Source: Octopus bimaculoides (Eukaryota). Taken from it: a stretch of DNA of 48,682 bases. The position numbers were made by a program, and so were the translations under genes. Shown piece by piece: positions 12,521 through 24,899 of the stretch. The notes under the pieces are model-generated. The model was given only the letters and a program-made list of their open reading frames with translations. It was not told where the DNA came from and did not search any database. The stretch is taken from positions 36,658,593-36,707,274 of the forward strand of contig NC_068990.1 in assembly GCF_001194135.2 (NCBI RefSeq), given 5' to 3'. Positions within the stretch are counted from its first letter, which is position 1, and each line of letters starts with the position of its first letter.

Positions 12521-13515
12521 GCATCAAATGCCAAAGGAAAGTGCTAGAAGCAGTCAAAAGCTTCCATTACCTAGGTGACCAAATCAGTAGTTAAGGTGGA
12601 TCTCCGAGAGTGTAGCTGCAAGAATAAGAATAACCTGGGCAAAGTTCAGATAGGTCCTACCTCTGTTGGTAATGATGGGCCTCTCCCTCAGAGTGAAAGG
12701 CAAATTGTGTGGTGCCTGTGTGTGAACAACCAGTAGTGAAACGTGCTGTGATTGCTGAGGACATGAGTAGCCTTGAAAGAAATAAAGCATCATGAGAGAA
12801 AAGTTCAGCATAAGAGGTATAAGATGTGGTGTACATGAGAGAAGACTTCATTGGTATGTGATGTGTATGGATGTGGACAGCTGTGTGAAGAAGTGCTGAT
12901 CTCTACTGGTGGAAGGAAGCTGTGGAAGGAGTTCCAGGAAGACATGGGATGAGGTGGTGAAGCAAGATCTTCGGATGTTGGGCCTCATGAGGCAATGACA
13001 AGCAACTGAGACATTTGGTGATATGTCGTGCTTGCAAAGACCCATTAAGCCAAGTGAAATCATAGGTGTGGCTGTTGTTGGTGTCACGTAACTGGCACCT
13101 GTGCTGGGCATTGGACCTCACAGAGACAATGCGGTCAATGCTGGTGCTGTGGAACTAGTAACTGTATCGGTGGCATGTAAAAAGCATCTTTTGAGCGCTG
13201 GGCCTTATGGAAGCAATAACAAATGATTGAAACCTCTGGCAATGTGCTGTGCTTGAGAAGAAAGATTCGAGCTGAGTGAAATCATAGTCAATGCAGATAC
13301 TGGTATCGCACAAAAGGCACCCATGCTGGGGGTACGTAAAAACACTCATTACATACTCGGAGGGGTTGGAGTTAGGAAGGGCATCCACCTGTAGAAACAC
13401 TGCCAAATCAAACCAGAATCTGGTGCAGCCCTTCTGTTTACCAGCCCTGGTCAAACCGTCCAACCTAAGACAGCATGTAGAACAGATGTTAAGTGGTGGT
13501 GATGATGATGATGAT
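12521..13515 (+). mobile_element. 5'-truncated RTE-clade LINE (RT C-terminus plus 3' UTR)
   Basis: Corrected translation gives SFHYLGDQI, SVAARIRITWAKFR, LSLRVKGKL, ERRLHW and RKTWDEVVKQDL; (GAT)n tail. Confidence 0.9.
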
Positions 13516-13601
13516 AAATTGATATATATATATCATTATGTATGAATATCTCATTTAATGTACACAGTACAGAGATATGAAATATAAGATTTTTTGCTTC
13601 A

Positions 13602-13807
13602 GAGACATACGTCCGAGTAAGTTTTTATAAAATGCCTTGTGTCTCGAAGCAATCTTCGGGCTCTGAGCACATGGTGTATTCAATTTGCAATTCAGAATAC
13701 TTTTACTAGCATCCTGATTTGCAAATTGCATAGACCACATTCTTAGAGCTTGAAGATTACTTGAAGATACAAGGCATGTCATAAAAACTTGGCTAAACCT
13801 GTGTCTC
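13602..13807. repeat. ~200-bp imperfect palindrome
   Basis: 13619-13700 pairs with 13709-13790 (about 80% identity, 8-nt loop); gagaca/tgtctc extend it outward. Confidence 0.85.
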
Positions 13808-14842
13808 AAAAACAAGAAACTGTTAGTAGCTCACATCCTTATACAGTGTGCATTAAATGATATTTATCTCTCGCTGGTTGGGGTACTTTTTTGGTTGATC
13901 TTACCTAAAATGTAACAGTAAATTGCATACAAATATATATATTCATATATAGGTGTATATATATATATATATATATGTCGCTGTGAGAGAATGCATTTCT
14001 TTATTGGATGCATCTATGTGTATATATATTCATATATAAGAACATATGCATGCATGTGTGTTTGTGTGCATGTGTGTGTGTGTGTGTATATGTGTGTGCA
14101 TATGTATGTGTCCTTTATTCTATTTTTGCCATATGCAGTGTCCTTTACTCTGCTAATCCTTGTGATGGATAAGGCGACAATAACAATTCTACTACTACTA
14201 CTACTGTTTTTATTATTATCAATTTTTTTTTTGCTGTGATTGTATTTTTTTGTTCTTCATCACCAATTTTCTTGCACTTTTTATTTCAATTTTGTGTCGG
14301 AGGGAAAGAGTAGATGGATGTTTGGCTTCATAGAAAATAGAAAACATTACGAAAACATTAACAAAGAAAAACAACAAAAAAAAACAGCAAAACAAAACAA
14401 AACGACAAAATAAAAGAATAAATAAAATAATATGAAACAATAAGACAGGTAACAAAAACACCATAATGACAATGTAAAAACGGTAAAATAAGAAAGAAAA
14501 GCACCAACGTAAGAAATTTGAGAGAATAAGGAAGGAGAGAAGGTGAGAACAGTGGGGGAAGAGGTGTTATCCATCTTTGGTTGTGTGTAATGTGATAAAG
14601 GAATGTCATTGTAACCCCCTTTACTTCTTAAAATACTCAGACAGCAACCCGAGAGGTACAATTTGATGGAACTATAGCTTTCAGCTAACGCTTAAAAATT
14701 GTCTTGTTTTCTCTTGTCTTGTAGCTGGATATGCTTGTGCATACGTGTGTATGTGTGTGTATCTGAGTGTGTGTTTCTGAATGTATTTGTGTGTGTGTAT
14801 ATGTATCTACATGCTCATATGAATATGATACATGACCATATC

Positions 14843-14880
<38 letters not shown>

Positions 14881-15903
14881 NNNNNNNNNNNNNNNNNNNN
14901 NNNNNNNNNNNNNNNNNNNNNNNNNNNNNNNNNNNNNNNNNNNNNNNNNNNNNNNNNNNNNNNNNNNNNNNNNNNNNNNNNNNNNNNNNNNNNNNNNNNN
15001 NNNNNNNNNNNNNNNNNNNNNNNNNNNNNNNNNNNNNNNNNNNNNNNNNNNNNNNNNNNNNNNNNNNNNNNNNNNNNNNNNNNNATATATATATATATAT
15101 ATATACACACACTCATTTGTGTATACACAGAAAGAAAAAGAAGAGGAGAGTATTTAATACAAGAGAATAGATTTAGGTTTTTTGATCTTCTAAATTAGTT
15201 TTGGAATTTCTCACATCTCACGTCTTGCACTTCGTATCCATTCTTCTCTTGATTTCTCTCTTTACGTCTCTGCCACCATCCCTGTTTATCAATCTTTCTC
15301 TCTGTCTGTCTGTCTCTGTCTCTCTCTATTTATCTATCTGTCTATGTTTCTATCTCTATCTTGCTCAAACTTCTTTGTTTAGTTTCTTTTTCTCTGTTTC
15401 TTTGTTCCCATGTTCCTGTTTTTGTTCCTGTTTTTGTCAGTCTGTCTGGTTATTTCCACCTCTCTCTCTCTCTCTCTCTCAATGTTTTACTCTTGGCCGC
15501 TTTCATATTTTTAATCAGTCTTCTTTCTTTCATTGTTTTACCTGTTCCAGTTATGACATGGTGACCATGCTGGGAAACTGCCTTGAAGCTTTTATCACTT
15601 CCAGTATATATTTTAAAATTGGTACTCATTGCATTAGTTTCTTTCTGGCAAACTTCTAAGTTATGAAACCCTGCAGAAACCAACTTCAGTTGTCAAGTGG
15701 TGAAAGACAAAAGCAAAAATGCAGACAACCACAAACACACATGAATGTATGCGTATACATATATAAATATATATGTGTGTATATATATGCTTATATGTAA
15801 GTGTTTATAGACATACATACATATAAATGCATATATATATACATTTCCATATATATATATATGAATGATGGAAAATTGAATAAATAACATTCTTTATTTA
15901 AAC

Positions 15904-16010
15904 ATTACCTGCGGAGGTGCATTTTACACCTTGGATGTATGATGATAATTGCACAATATCTCACAAATGTACTACAGGTGTAAAAGATGTTTCAAAACAA
16001 TTGTAGTAAT
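15904..16010 (+). ncRNA. Decayed type I hammerhead ribozyme
   Basis: Stem I attac/gtaat; core CTGCGGA (A6>C); stem II ttttacacct/aggtgtaaaa; AAAA in place of GAAA (CpG transition); stem III CAATTG; GUA site. Confidence 0.6.
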
Positions 16011-16507
16011 TTTGAATAAAGAATACCATTTATTCCATTTTCTGTTATTTATCTGTTTATATGGATTATACAGATACTATAGAATTTCTACTGTATATCC
16101 AATAGCAGTGGTATTTCCAATGTATGATGATATCAGGTAGCCAATAACTCTGGACGAGCTTTGCATAGCATTCTGCAAGGTTTTTTACTCGAATCGTATT
16201 TAACTATATACATATATCTATATTTATATAAGGGGCATTACTACAGAATAATGCCACACACTGGACTTCCCAAAATAAACACATTTAGTACCGAATAGAA
16301 ATTTCCCTTATGAATTTTTTTACACACTGTCACCATCATTAGAGGCCAAACTGGCAGCCTAGTTAGTGCATCAAAAAGAATGTCATGATATACATTCCCA
16401 TTCACTACACTCTGGGTTCAAATCCTGCTGTAGCCTACTGAAGGTAGTAGACATAGTAGGGTGTCTGGTGTGTGTGTGTATGTATGTGTGTGCATATATA
16501 TATACAT

Positions 16508-16600
16508 AAAGACTTTTTCACTTCCCGAGTGTTATACTAATACATCTGTTTGTTTTCTAGACCACCTGTCTTCATCTTTTTTTTTATTGTGAACTCTCCC
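16508..16600 (+). mobile_element. Short PLE-like terminal fragment in (TA)n
   Basis: gttatactaatacatctgtttgtt...cacctgtcttc...gaactctccc(TA)n; family recognised from memory only. Confidence 0.4.
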
Positions 16601-17105
16601 CTATATATATATATATATATATAAATATAACTAATTTAGAGAACCACCACTCTACAACTCAGAACCCGTCCAAATCCATGCTGTGAGGCACATACCATCT
16701 TAATATATCTAAGATTCTAATCTAAAAATTTTGATTAAATAAAATATTACATAAATAAATCATATAAATAAATCATAGAAATATATATTTCGTTTTTGGA
16801 TTTGGTTTGCAAGATTTTTTATGTGATTTCATATGTTGAAGCATATTCTGTTATCAAGACTATTGATAAGGTTCCAAGACGTAACGAATATTTTAGGGAA
16901 ATAGAAATAAGAAATAAGTGGAAATTTTACCGGTGAGTGTGTTAAATTTTAAAGCACAATAAGAAAATGACTCTCCCCAGACACAACAGAATAGAAATAT
17001 TAATTTAAAAAATTTAAAAGTCAAATTTATAAATTGGACAGTAAAAATTAATACGATAATATACAGTATGGAAGTATAAATGTAAAAAGTTAGTGCTAGT
17101 ATATA

Positions 17106-17220
17106 GACTACGTGCGTTTCATGGCTAAAATAGGACTACATAAAATCATAAGCAAATTCTATCCGAGTACATTAGAACGGGGAAATGATTTTACTCTCAA
17201 AATCAGTCACTCTTTAGGTC
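17106..17220 (-). ncRNA. Decayed hammerhead-like motif in the PLE 3' region
   Basis: gac/gtc stem I; core CTAAAGA (G5>A); stem II gtgact/agccat with a long loop; GAAA-CGCACG-UA; sense orientation to the PLE. Confidence 0.4.
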
Positions 17221-17544
17221 AAATCCCTAAGAAAATCCCTAAAATCATTCAAGGAATAAACATAGACATGAGAAATAAGAATATATATAAAGAGACAAAA
17301 TCCGTAAACTAATCCCTACATTAACGGTATTAATATAATTATTAAAAGTTACAATCTAAAAATATTATAGTAAACAAGGTTAAAACATTATGGAATAAAT
17401 AGATAATAGTAAAAAAATGTGTTAGTGTACAAAGTTACTAAAAGACGGATGTCAATATTGTTTATGAAATTAAAATAAGAAAACATGACTTACTTGCCGG
17501 CTGGTTACTGTAGATTAAAACAAAATGGCCGTGGTATAGAATTT

Positions 17545-17990
17545 ATACTAAAAGGTCACGTGATAAATATGGCGTCTATTGCCCAGAAGTACATGCATAT
17601 TATAATTACTAAAATACTAACGAAAATATCGTAAAAGAAAATCTACCTAAACTAAAAAAATCTTGAGGATTAAAAATACTAAAATATTAAAACTTGCAAA
17701 TTAACGCAGAGTAATAACTATACACATACGAAAATTCTATATTACGTAAATAATGCTATGAAAATTAATACTGAAAAGTCACGTGATGAACATGGCGTCC
17801 ATTACCAGAAGTAAATATGTGTTATAATTACTAAAATAATAACGAAAATATCGAAAAAGAAAATCTACCTAAAATAAAAATGTTTATTAAAGATTAATAA
17901 TACTAAAATACTTAAAATTCTCAGATTTACGCAGAATATAAATTATACCAAATACGAAAGTTATATATTACTTAAATAATGTTATGAAAC
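17545..17990. repeat. Two ~225-bp tandem direct repeats in the PLE 3' region
   Basis: Units start atact(a/g)aaa(g/a)gtcacgtgat at about 17545 and 17769; both carry TCACGTGA and ATGGCGTC. Confidence 0.85.
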
Positions 17991-18158
17991 ATTGTAAAAG
18001 ACTGCTCATATTATCGTTGAATACTTAAAGTAAAGGTAGTTATATGTTTCAATTTTGTATAATATTGTGATGATTAAAGTGCATTCTAAAGCTAATTTGT
18101 GTAAGTTGGTACCTAATCCTAGATTTGAATAAATAAATTAGTTATCTAAACTTATCAT

Positions 18159-18290
18159 AGGAGCAGGAGTGGCTGTGTGGTAAGTAGCTTGCTAGTGTCT
18201 TCGACTATAGCCTCCGGCCGACCAAAGCCTTGTGAGTGGATTTGGTAGGCGGAAACTGAAAGAAGCCCCTCGTATATATGTATATATATT
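18159..18290 (+). mobile_element. SINE family B, internally deleted, inserted in the PLE
   Basis: ggagcaggagtggctgtgtggtaagtagcttgct joined directly to agtgtcttc...gaaactgaaagaagccc; homologous to 33.2-33.6 kb. Confidence 0.85.
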
Positions 18291-18291
18291 T

Positions 18292-20086
18292 TGGACTCCA
18301 ATGGAGGTATTACTTATTAAAGGATGAAATGATATTGCCAACATTATTAGTGGTAGAGTAACCAACTCCAAAATTATTGCTAGAAAATGTGTCCTTATAT
18401 TTCTTGTTGTCTTTAATAAATATCTTAATTATATTTAAAATCTCTTTGATAATGTTAGTTTTTAACTGTATCCCATAGGGAATTATTAGTCATATTTTAT
18501 TCTTCTTATTATTATTACTATGAGGTTTTTTGTTCATGTTACTACCTATCTCTGGTTTTAGGTGACTCTGAATACTTTGTTTATTATAATAGAATGTGTA
18601 ATCATCATTTAAGTTATCTTTTATTAATATAAAAGATAACTTAAATACTTAAATGATGATTACACCTTCTATTATATTTAGAATTGTTGAAAAATTTAAT
18701 ACCATGATTATATCCCACCTTATGAAGCGCTTCATTATAATATGGTGCATGTTTATTGAATATCTTATAGTTGAAAGAAAGTACTGAAATTCTTTTCCCT
18801 ATATTGTTTAATAATGCTTTCTTAATAGAAGGTGGATAGTTACTCTTAGCGGTAATATATTTCAGGTTTTCATTAATTTTATAGTAAGGTTGGGTTATAC
18901 CTGTTATTAAGTTGAAATTTACATCTAAGTAGTTGACATTGCTATATTCGTTATAAATTGTAATGCTAAGCCCATTTCTTTTAAAGAAACTGTATATTTT
19001 CTTCTTATATATTTCTAAAGTTCTATTCATGCTATTTTTCATTATTAGCAGGAGGTCATCTCTGTATAATCCACCCTCCAATTTAAGATTTTCTAATTGG
19101 AGTTCTCCTAATAAATAAATTCCTACTAGGTCTGTAACCTGCTCAAAAAAAAAAATCCCTGGTATCTTTTCTGGCCCACAATTTATTATTGTACCTAATA
19201 AAATATATTCTCGCCAGTTTTACTACCTTAACTTCCTCTTTAGTCATCCCCACCTTATTCATAGCATATATTAAGGCCTTATTAAGCACTATTTTATTAA
19301 TAGATGAATAATAATCCTCTATGTCTATTTGGATAAATTTGTAACTACTAATATCTTTAATATCTTTAAACCATTTAAAAATATTATTTGTGCTAGTCCA
19401 GAGTTTCAGGTAATTTAGGTTATTTAGTTTATTAATATAGTTGTCTAAAATTAACTTACTTAATTTCCCTAAATCTGATTTACTGGGACATATTAGTCTT
19501 ACTTTAGGGTCCAAATAGAAATTGTCTTTATGATCCTTTAATGTTATTCTAGGGTGCATTGGTACATATGGTTCCGTTTAATTGTCTATCTCATATTTTT
19601 CCATGATTAATCTAGTGGCTTTATTAATATTATAATGGTACCTTCCGGGACAATCTAATATTTTTTATTTATTTCCTTTCTTAAAAATTTATCATATAAT
19701 TTTGTATCTAACTTATACAGGTTGCCAGTTTTATCAGCTAGTACGACTGTTACCACGATATTATGCATTTCTTTTATTTTGGTTCCTAAGTTTCTTAAGT
19801 ATTCATTATGTCTGTTTAGGTATTTTTTAACCACCTTCCAAATTTTGCCTTCCAGAGTCTGAATTTCCCTTTTAGTTTTAAATTGAGAGCTTATATAATT
19901 GATATTCTCCACATCTTAAATGTTGGTAATGTTACAGTTCTTATAGTGAGCTATCCATTTTATTCTATTAATAAACTCCTTTATATTATTAAGAAGTTTA
20001 ATGGTATATTCCCTTTTTGATGGAATGGGGATGTCCTTCAATGAAGAGTCCCAGATTAGTGGTTCAATCCTACCTGTAAGTTCCAT
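18292..20086 (-). pseudogene. PLE reverse transcriptase pseudo-ORF
   Basis: Motifs in order: SLKDIPIPS...FINRIKW, LADKTGNLY, ITLKDHKDNF...RLICPSKSDLG, FIQIDIEDYYSSI, VTDLVGIYLL, GLYRDDL, VNYLDVNFNL, SNYPP, then KI*LIIPY...KTNI and VGYSTTNNVGNIIS. Has stops and frameshifts, and motif B' is replaced by a T run. Confidence 0.9.
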
Positions 20087-20435
20087 AATAAATTTTTTAT
20101 TCCCTAATATTATTACTATATNNNNNNNNNNNNNNNNNNNNNNNNNNNNNNNNNNNNNNNNNNNNNNNNNNNNNNNNNNNNNNNNNNNNNNNNNNNNNNN
20201 NNNNNNNNNNNNNNNNNNNNNNNNNNNNNNNNNNNNNNNNNNNNNNNNNNNNNNNNNNNNNNNNNNNNNNNNNNNNNNNNNNNNNNNNNNNNNNNNNNNN
20301 NNNNNNNNNNNNNNNNNNNNNNNNNNNNNNNNNNNNNNNNNNNNNNNNNNNNNNNNNNNNNNNNNNNNNNNNNNNNNNNNNNNNNNNNNNNNNNNTATGT
20401 ATGCATGTATGTATGTATGTACATATATATATTGT

Positions 20436-20525
20436 TGTAGACACTTCTTGCCAAACCTGCCATACTGTGGGACTGAACCAGAAATGGTGTGGTTGGGAAG
20501 AAAGCTTCTTACCACACAGATGTGG
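20436..20525 (-). mobile_element. SINE family B head fragment
   Basis: gtgggactgaacc...gtggttgggaagaaagcttcttaccacacag. Confidence 0.7.
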
Positions 20526-20644
20526 CATATTGGGTGTTTCTATTCCACCATAAACACGTTTGAGCTAGGTAGCTCACTTGAGGACTCCTCCCTCCCTCTT
20601 ACCAATCTCAGAGGCTATGGGGGTCACATTTATGGCCAGGCTGA

Positions 20645-21200
20645 ATAATCACAGATTCCCTTTCAGAATCGAAGCGAAGTGCCATGGTACAAAGTCAGTC
20701 AGCTACACTTGGTAATTTAGAGAGGAAGCAGCATTGTACAAAATCATATGGAAAGTACTGAAGTGGCCTGGCCCATATCTGAATGGAAGCATGCATTGCA
20801 AGCTTTGCTTAGCAGAGAGAAAAATGACTCTAAGAAATTTCTCGATTTCCATGCTTTTCAGAATTTGTAAAGCAAGAATATTTGAATGCTGCCCTCATAA
20901 GCAAAAATTAATTTGGACAGTGTCGTTGAGCCCATTTGGAACTAATGAATGACCATGTATATATACATACACAGCTGACTCACTTCAACCATAGCTAATA
21001 TCAACCTCTCAATTGCTACTGGAAAGTGTTATAATATTTCTCTATGTCTTGTTCCTGTTTTTTTCCCAAACATCAGGTCAACCAGAGTCTATTCATGCCT
21101 TCAGAATTAATAAGGCTTATGCAATTCTGGCCAACATGTCTGAAGACTCATCAATTTTGCCAAATGCAATAGTTGAAAAGAAACCAATAGCAACATTTTG
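20645..21200 (+). mobile_element. PLE GIY-YIG C-terminal fragment plus 3' UTR
   Basis: NHRFPFR...YTW*...YKIIWKVL...PYLNGSMHCKLCLAE...CCPHKQK matches the C-terminal endonuclease tail of YRDD-type PLEs; CTGAAGA...GAAA at 21140-21178. Confidence 0.75.
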
Positions 21201-21444
21201 AACAGTTATACACTATAACCATTAATATATATATATATATGTGTGTCTGTGTGTGTGTAGCAAACAAGTCAATTAGCTTTGAGACTGATAAAAGTTGATA
21301 GTGGTAGGGTAACAGGGTAAGAGAGTAAGAGTAAGGGAGAATTATAGTGGCAGACAGTGAAACAGAGAGACAGACAAACACACACCCACCCACACTCACA
21401 CACAAACACACACCCACCCACACTCACACACAAACACACACATT

Positions 21445-21687
21445 TCCAACTTTGACTCTCCATAAATCCTAAATTTTATTTTGGAATTTATGAGACGAAC
21501 TGTCTTTGTAGACTCATTGAATGCTCAAAATGAGGAGTAGATAGACAGCCGACAACTGATCAAGGGTCATTTTCTGTGTTTGTTTGTCCTGTCTTTCCTC
21601 TCTTTCTCTCGATGTTTGCATATTTAACTCGCTTGATTTCATATTTCATATTGTTTACACAGTTGGTGACGTCCTGTACCCATATAT

Positions 21688-21690
<3 letters not shown>
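21445..21690 (+). mobile_element. PLE pseudo-LTR-like repeat, family X (second copy)
   Basis: Homologous to 9695-9975(-); core CTGATCA at 21556-21562; ends gtcctgtacccatatatgc before (CA)n(TA)n. Confidence 0.6.
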
Positions 21691-21751
<61 letters not shown>

Positions 21752-22419
21752 ACACACACATATATATTATTTATATTAACATATATATGTATACAAGCAT
21801 ATATATACACACAAGTTATATGATATATAGATACACACATACATACACACATGCATACATATACGTGCAGCATACATGTAAGCATAAAAATCTTGAAGTT
21901 ACATAACATGTATATATATCCTTCTTTTCTTCAAGTCTGATAGTCTTACAGTTTCATCGTTGTCTCTCTCTCTCTTTAACTCTTGTCATTCTAACTCTCT
22001 TCTGTATTCCTACTACTACCACTACCACCACCACCACCCACCTTTATCCATTTAAAAGCTAATTGAATTGTTTGTCATTCTATGCCATCATTACCCATCC
22101 CACTGTCATTCACTGCCTCCTTCCTACATCCACCACCGTAAACAACAATGACAACTATAACAGGAACACCACCACCACCGCCACCGCCACCACCATTATC
22201 AACACCACCACTAACAACACTGCTGCCACCACAACTACTACCACTATAATCACCATCATCGCTCTCATCACCATGTGTGCCATGCCACCAGCACCACTGT
22301 CGCCCTTATGCATCACTACTATCACTGCAACCACCACCGTGCGCAGGTCTACACTGAACATCACCACACCACTACCACCGATACCATGATCCTGCCCACC
22401 TCTAGAGCACCAAACATTT

Positions 22420-22584
22420 AAACCCAATATTTAAAGATGATTGTCAAACAATCAATTGACATCTCTTTAGTGAAATGTCTTGAACAACAACAACAACAAT
22501 ACAAGAAGCAATAAAACAACATCAACAACAACAAAAAGCAGGAAGAAGAAAAACAATAATAATGATAACAAGAGCAATAATAAC

Positions 22585-22622
<38 letters not shown>

Positions 22623-23570
22623 TAATAATAAGCAGATATAGAAGAATATATTCTTTTAAAATATTCTTTATCATCCACAATAATAATAATAAAAATAATA
22701 ATAATAATAATGGTGATGAGGGTCGGTGGATGGTGGTGATGGCAAGTGAAGGAGGGGAGTTTATTTTCTGCTTTTTTTTTTAAAGTAATCTTTAACCAAA
22801 CAACAACAAAATCGAAACAACAGCAACAACAACAACAACAACAACAACAACAAATGGAGTAGTGGTGGTGTATTGTGTTGTTTTCCTTCCTATTTGAATA
22901 ATCTTTAAACAAACAACACAAAAACAACAACAATAATAACAATAATAATAATAACAATATCAAGAACAACATAAATAGTAACATGAACAAGAACAACTAC
23001 GAACCACTATAACAATAACAATTCAATAACAATTTCAATAACAACAACATCAAAACAATAACAAAAGCAACAACAACAATGATAACAAAATGACAATGAT
23101 GGGTTTATTTTTATCATTCATTTCTATTTAAATGTTCTTTAACAAAGAAAACAACAAGAACAGCAAGGATAATGGTGGTGGTGGTGATGGTGGTGGCAGG
23201 AGGGGTGGTGGTAGGAGGTATTTAAATAATTACAAGCTTACAATAACAATAAGACCAAACAACAATAACACCAAACAGCAACAACAAAAATAATATTAAG
23301 GACAACAGCAGCAACAACAACAACAATGGTGGTTGGGGGATTTATTTTATTCTTCCGATTTTTATTGTATTTAAATAATCTTTAAGAAAGCAACAACAGG
23401 ATGTTGTTGTTGTTGATGGTGGTGGTGGTGGGTGGGCATGTGGTGAGATTCTCGTTTCTCATTCTTTGATTTTTCTCTTTTTAAATAATCGTTAACAAAC
23501 AACAACAAAGACAACAATACAAAGGAAGATTTCTTACAAAAGCATGAATCCTCAGAGAGATAATAACAAT
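22420..23570. repeat. Compound AAC/AAT/GGT minisatellite
   Basis: A ttaaataatctttaacaaacaac-like core recurs near 22650, 22780, 22895, 23130, 23370 and 23480, between triplet runs. Confidence 0.65.
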
Positions 23571-23574
23571 AATG

Positions 23575-23614
<40 letters not shown>

Positions 23615-23932
23615 TTATGTATATATATTTATATTTACATGTATGCATATATATATGTGTTTGTGCATGTACATATGTATTTACATTTATGCATTTATGT
23701 ATATGTGTATATATATATATGTATATATGTATATAACGGATTTAAAAAATATTAAAAAATAAAACTATACATATTAAGAGAAGAAAATATAATGTATAGT
23801 ATTAAAGACGTAAAGTAATAAACATTAAAGACTTAAAAAAACCCACAGATTAAATAACTCTACCCACATATCAAACTAAAATAACAGTAATAGACAAATC
23901 CTTATGAAATATATAAAATAATGATGATGATG

Positions 23933-23970
<38 letters not shown>

Positions 23971-24321
23971 GTAAAATGAAAATTGTATAAAGTAAGAGAA
24001 TAAAAATAAAATGAAAATGGAAAATAAAATAATGGTGAAAACTAAAAACATATATATAAAAAAGAAACACTTCTATCACCACTTAAAATAACAATGGTAG
24101 GGGGAACATAAATTGCAATAATAAATAACAATATAAAAACAACAATAAGAACTGCAATGACAGTGGTGGTGGTGGTGGTGGGAACATGTAGAGAAAGGAA
24201 GGACATATGGACTGAAAAAAGAGAAGACAATATGACAATGACAAATGAATAAATTAAAATAAAAACAAACAAATAAACAAATTAACATTTGTGTGTTCAT
24301 GCACATGTGTACAGATACACA

Positions 24322-24551
24322 CACACATATATATACAGACATATATAGATGTAGCATGAAAATTACTCTCTCTTATTAGACATGCATTGCTAATCAGTTG
24401 TGCAATCATTAACATAGATGTAACTCTGAGTAGAAGCTGAAAGTATTCTTAGCACTACATTAAACTCCTTCTCCCAGTATTGCATACTTCTTTCCTTATG
24501 TTTGTAATATGAAGNNNNNNNNNNNNNNNNNNNNNNNNNNNNNNNNNNNNN

Positions 24552-24592
<41 letters not shown>

Positions 24593-24872
24593 CATACATA
24601 TATACATATATGTATATGCATGTATATATATATATATATACACATATATACACAAATATACATAGACACATGTGCACACACACATATATATACAGACATA
24701 TATAGATGTAGCATGAAAATTACTCTCTCTTATTAGACATGCATTGCTAATCAGTTGTGCAATCATTAACATAGATGTAACTCTGAGTAGAAGCTGAAAG
24801 TATTCTTAGCACTACATTAAACTCCTTCTCCCAGTATTGCATACTTCTTTCCTTATGTTTGTAATATGAAGC
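24322..24872. other. Identical ~190-bp duplication flanking an N gap (probable assembly artefact)
   Basis: 24322-24514 equals 24680-24872, and copy 1 ends exactly at the gap. Confidence 0.8.
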
Positions 24873-24899
24873 CTATACACACATATATAATATACATAT

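Larger units (their letters stand above)
16625..20086 (-). mobile_element. Near full-length decayed AT-rich Penelope-like element (YRDD-type)
   Basis: The RT pseudo-ORF at 20086-18292 is followed by a long AT-rich 3' region with tandem repeats and an HHR relic, ending in (TA)n. The 5' end is hidden by the N gap. Confidence 0.8.

Noticed and set aside
13603-13616. Microexon (ttcag|...|gtaagt)
   Set aside because: Lies in the arm of a palindromic repeat, and GTAAGT is frequent by chance here.
15551-15603. Exon after a strong acceptor
   Set aside because: Overlaps a SINE family B remnant and has a weak donor.
16150-16205. HHR-like ctggacga...cgaatcgta
   Set aside because: Both core halves deviate and stem I does not pair.
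17030-17312. Plus-strand ORF as an inverted second PLE
   Set aside because: Only vague similarity, and the region is better explained as the HHR-bearing 3' UTR of the minus-strand element.
18292-20086. Selenocysteine recoding of PLE stops, as described for some Naiad PLEs
   Set aside because: Stops are mixed TAA/TAG/TGA with frameshifts, the one clear TGA replaces a Trp, and the domain order is not N-terminal endonuclease.
24322-24872. Biological tandem duplication
   Set aside because: Perfect identity and a boundary at the N gap indicate overlapping contig ends.
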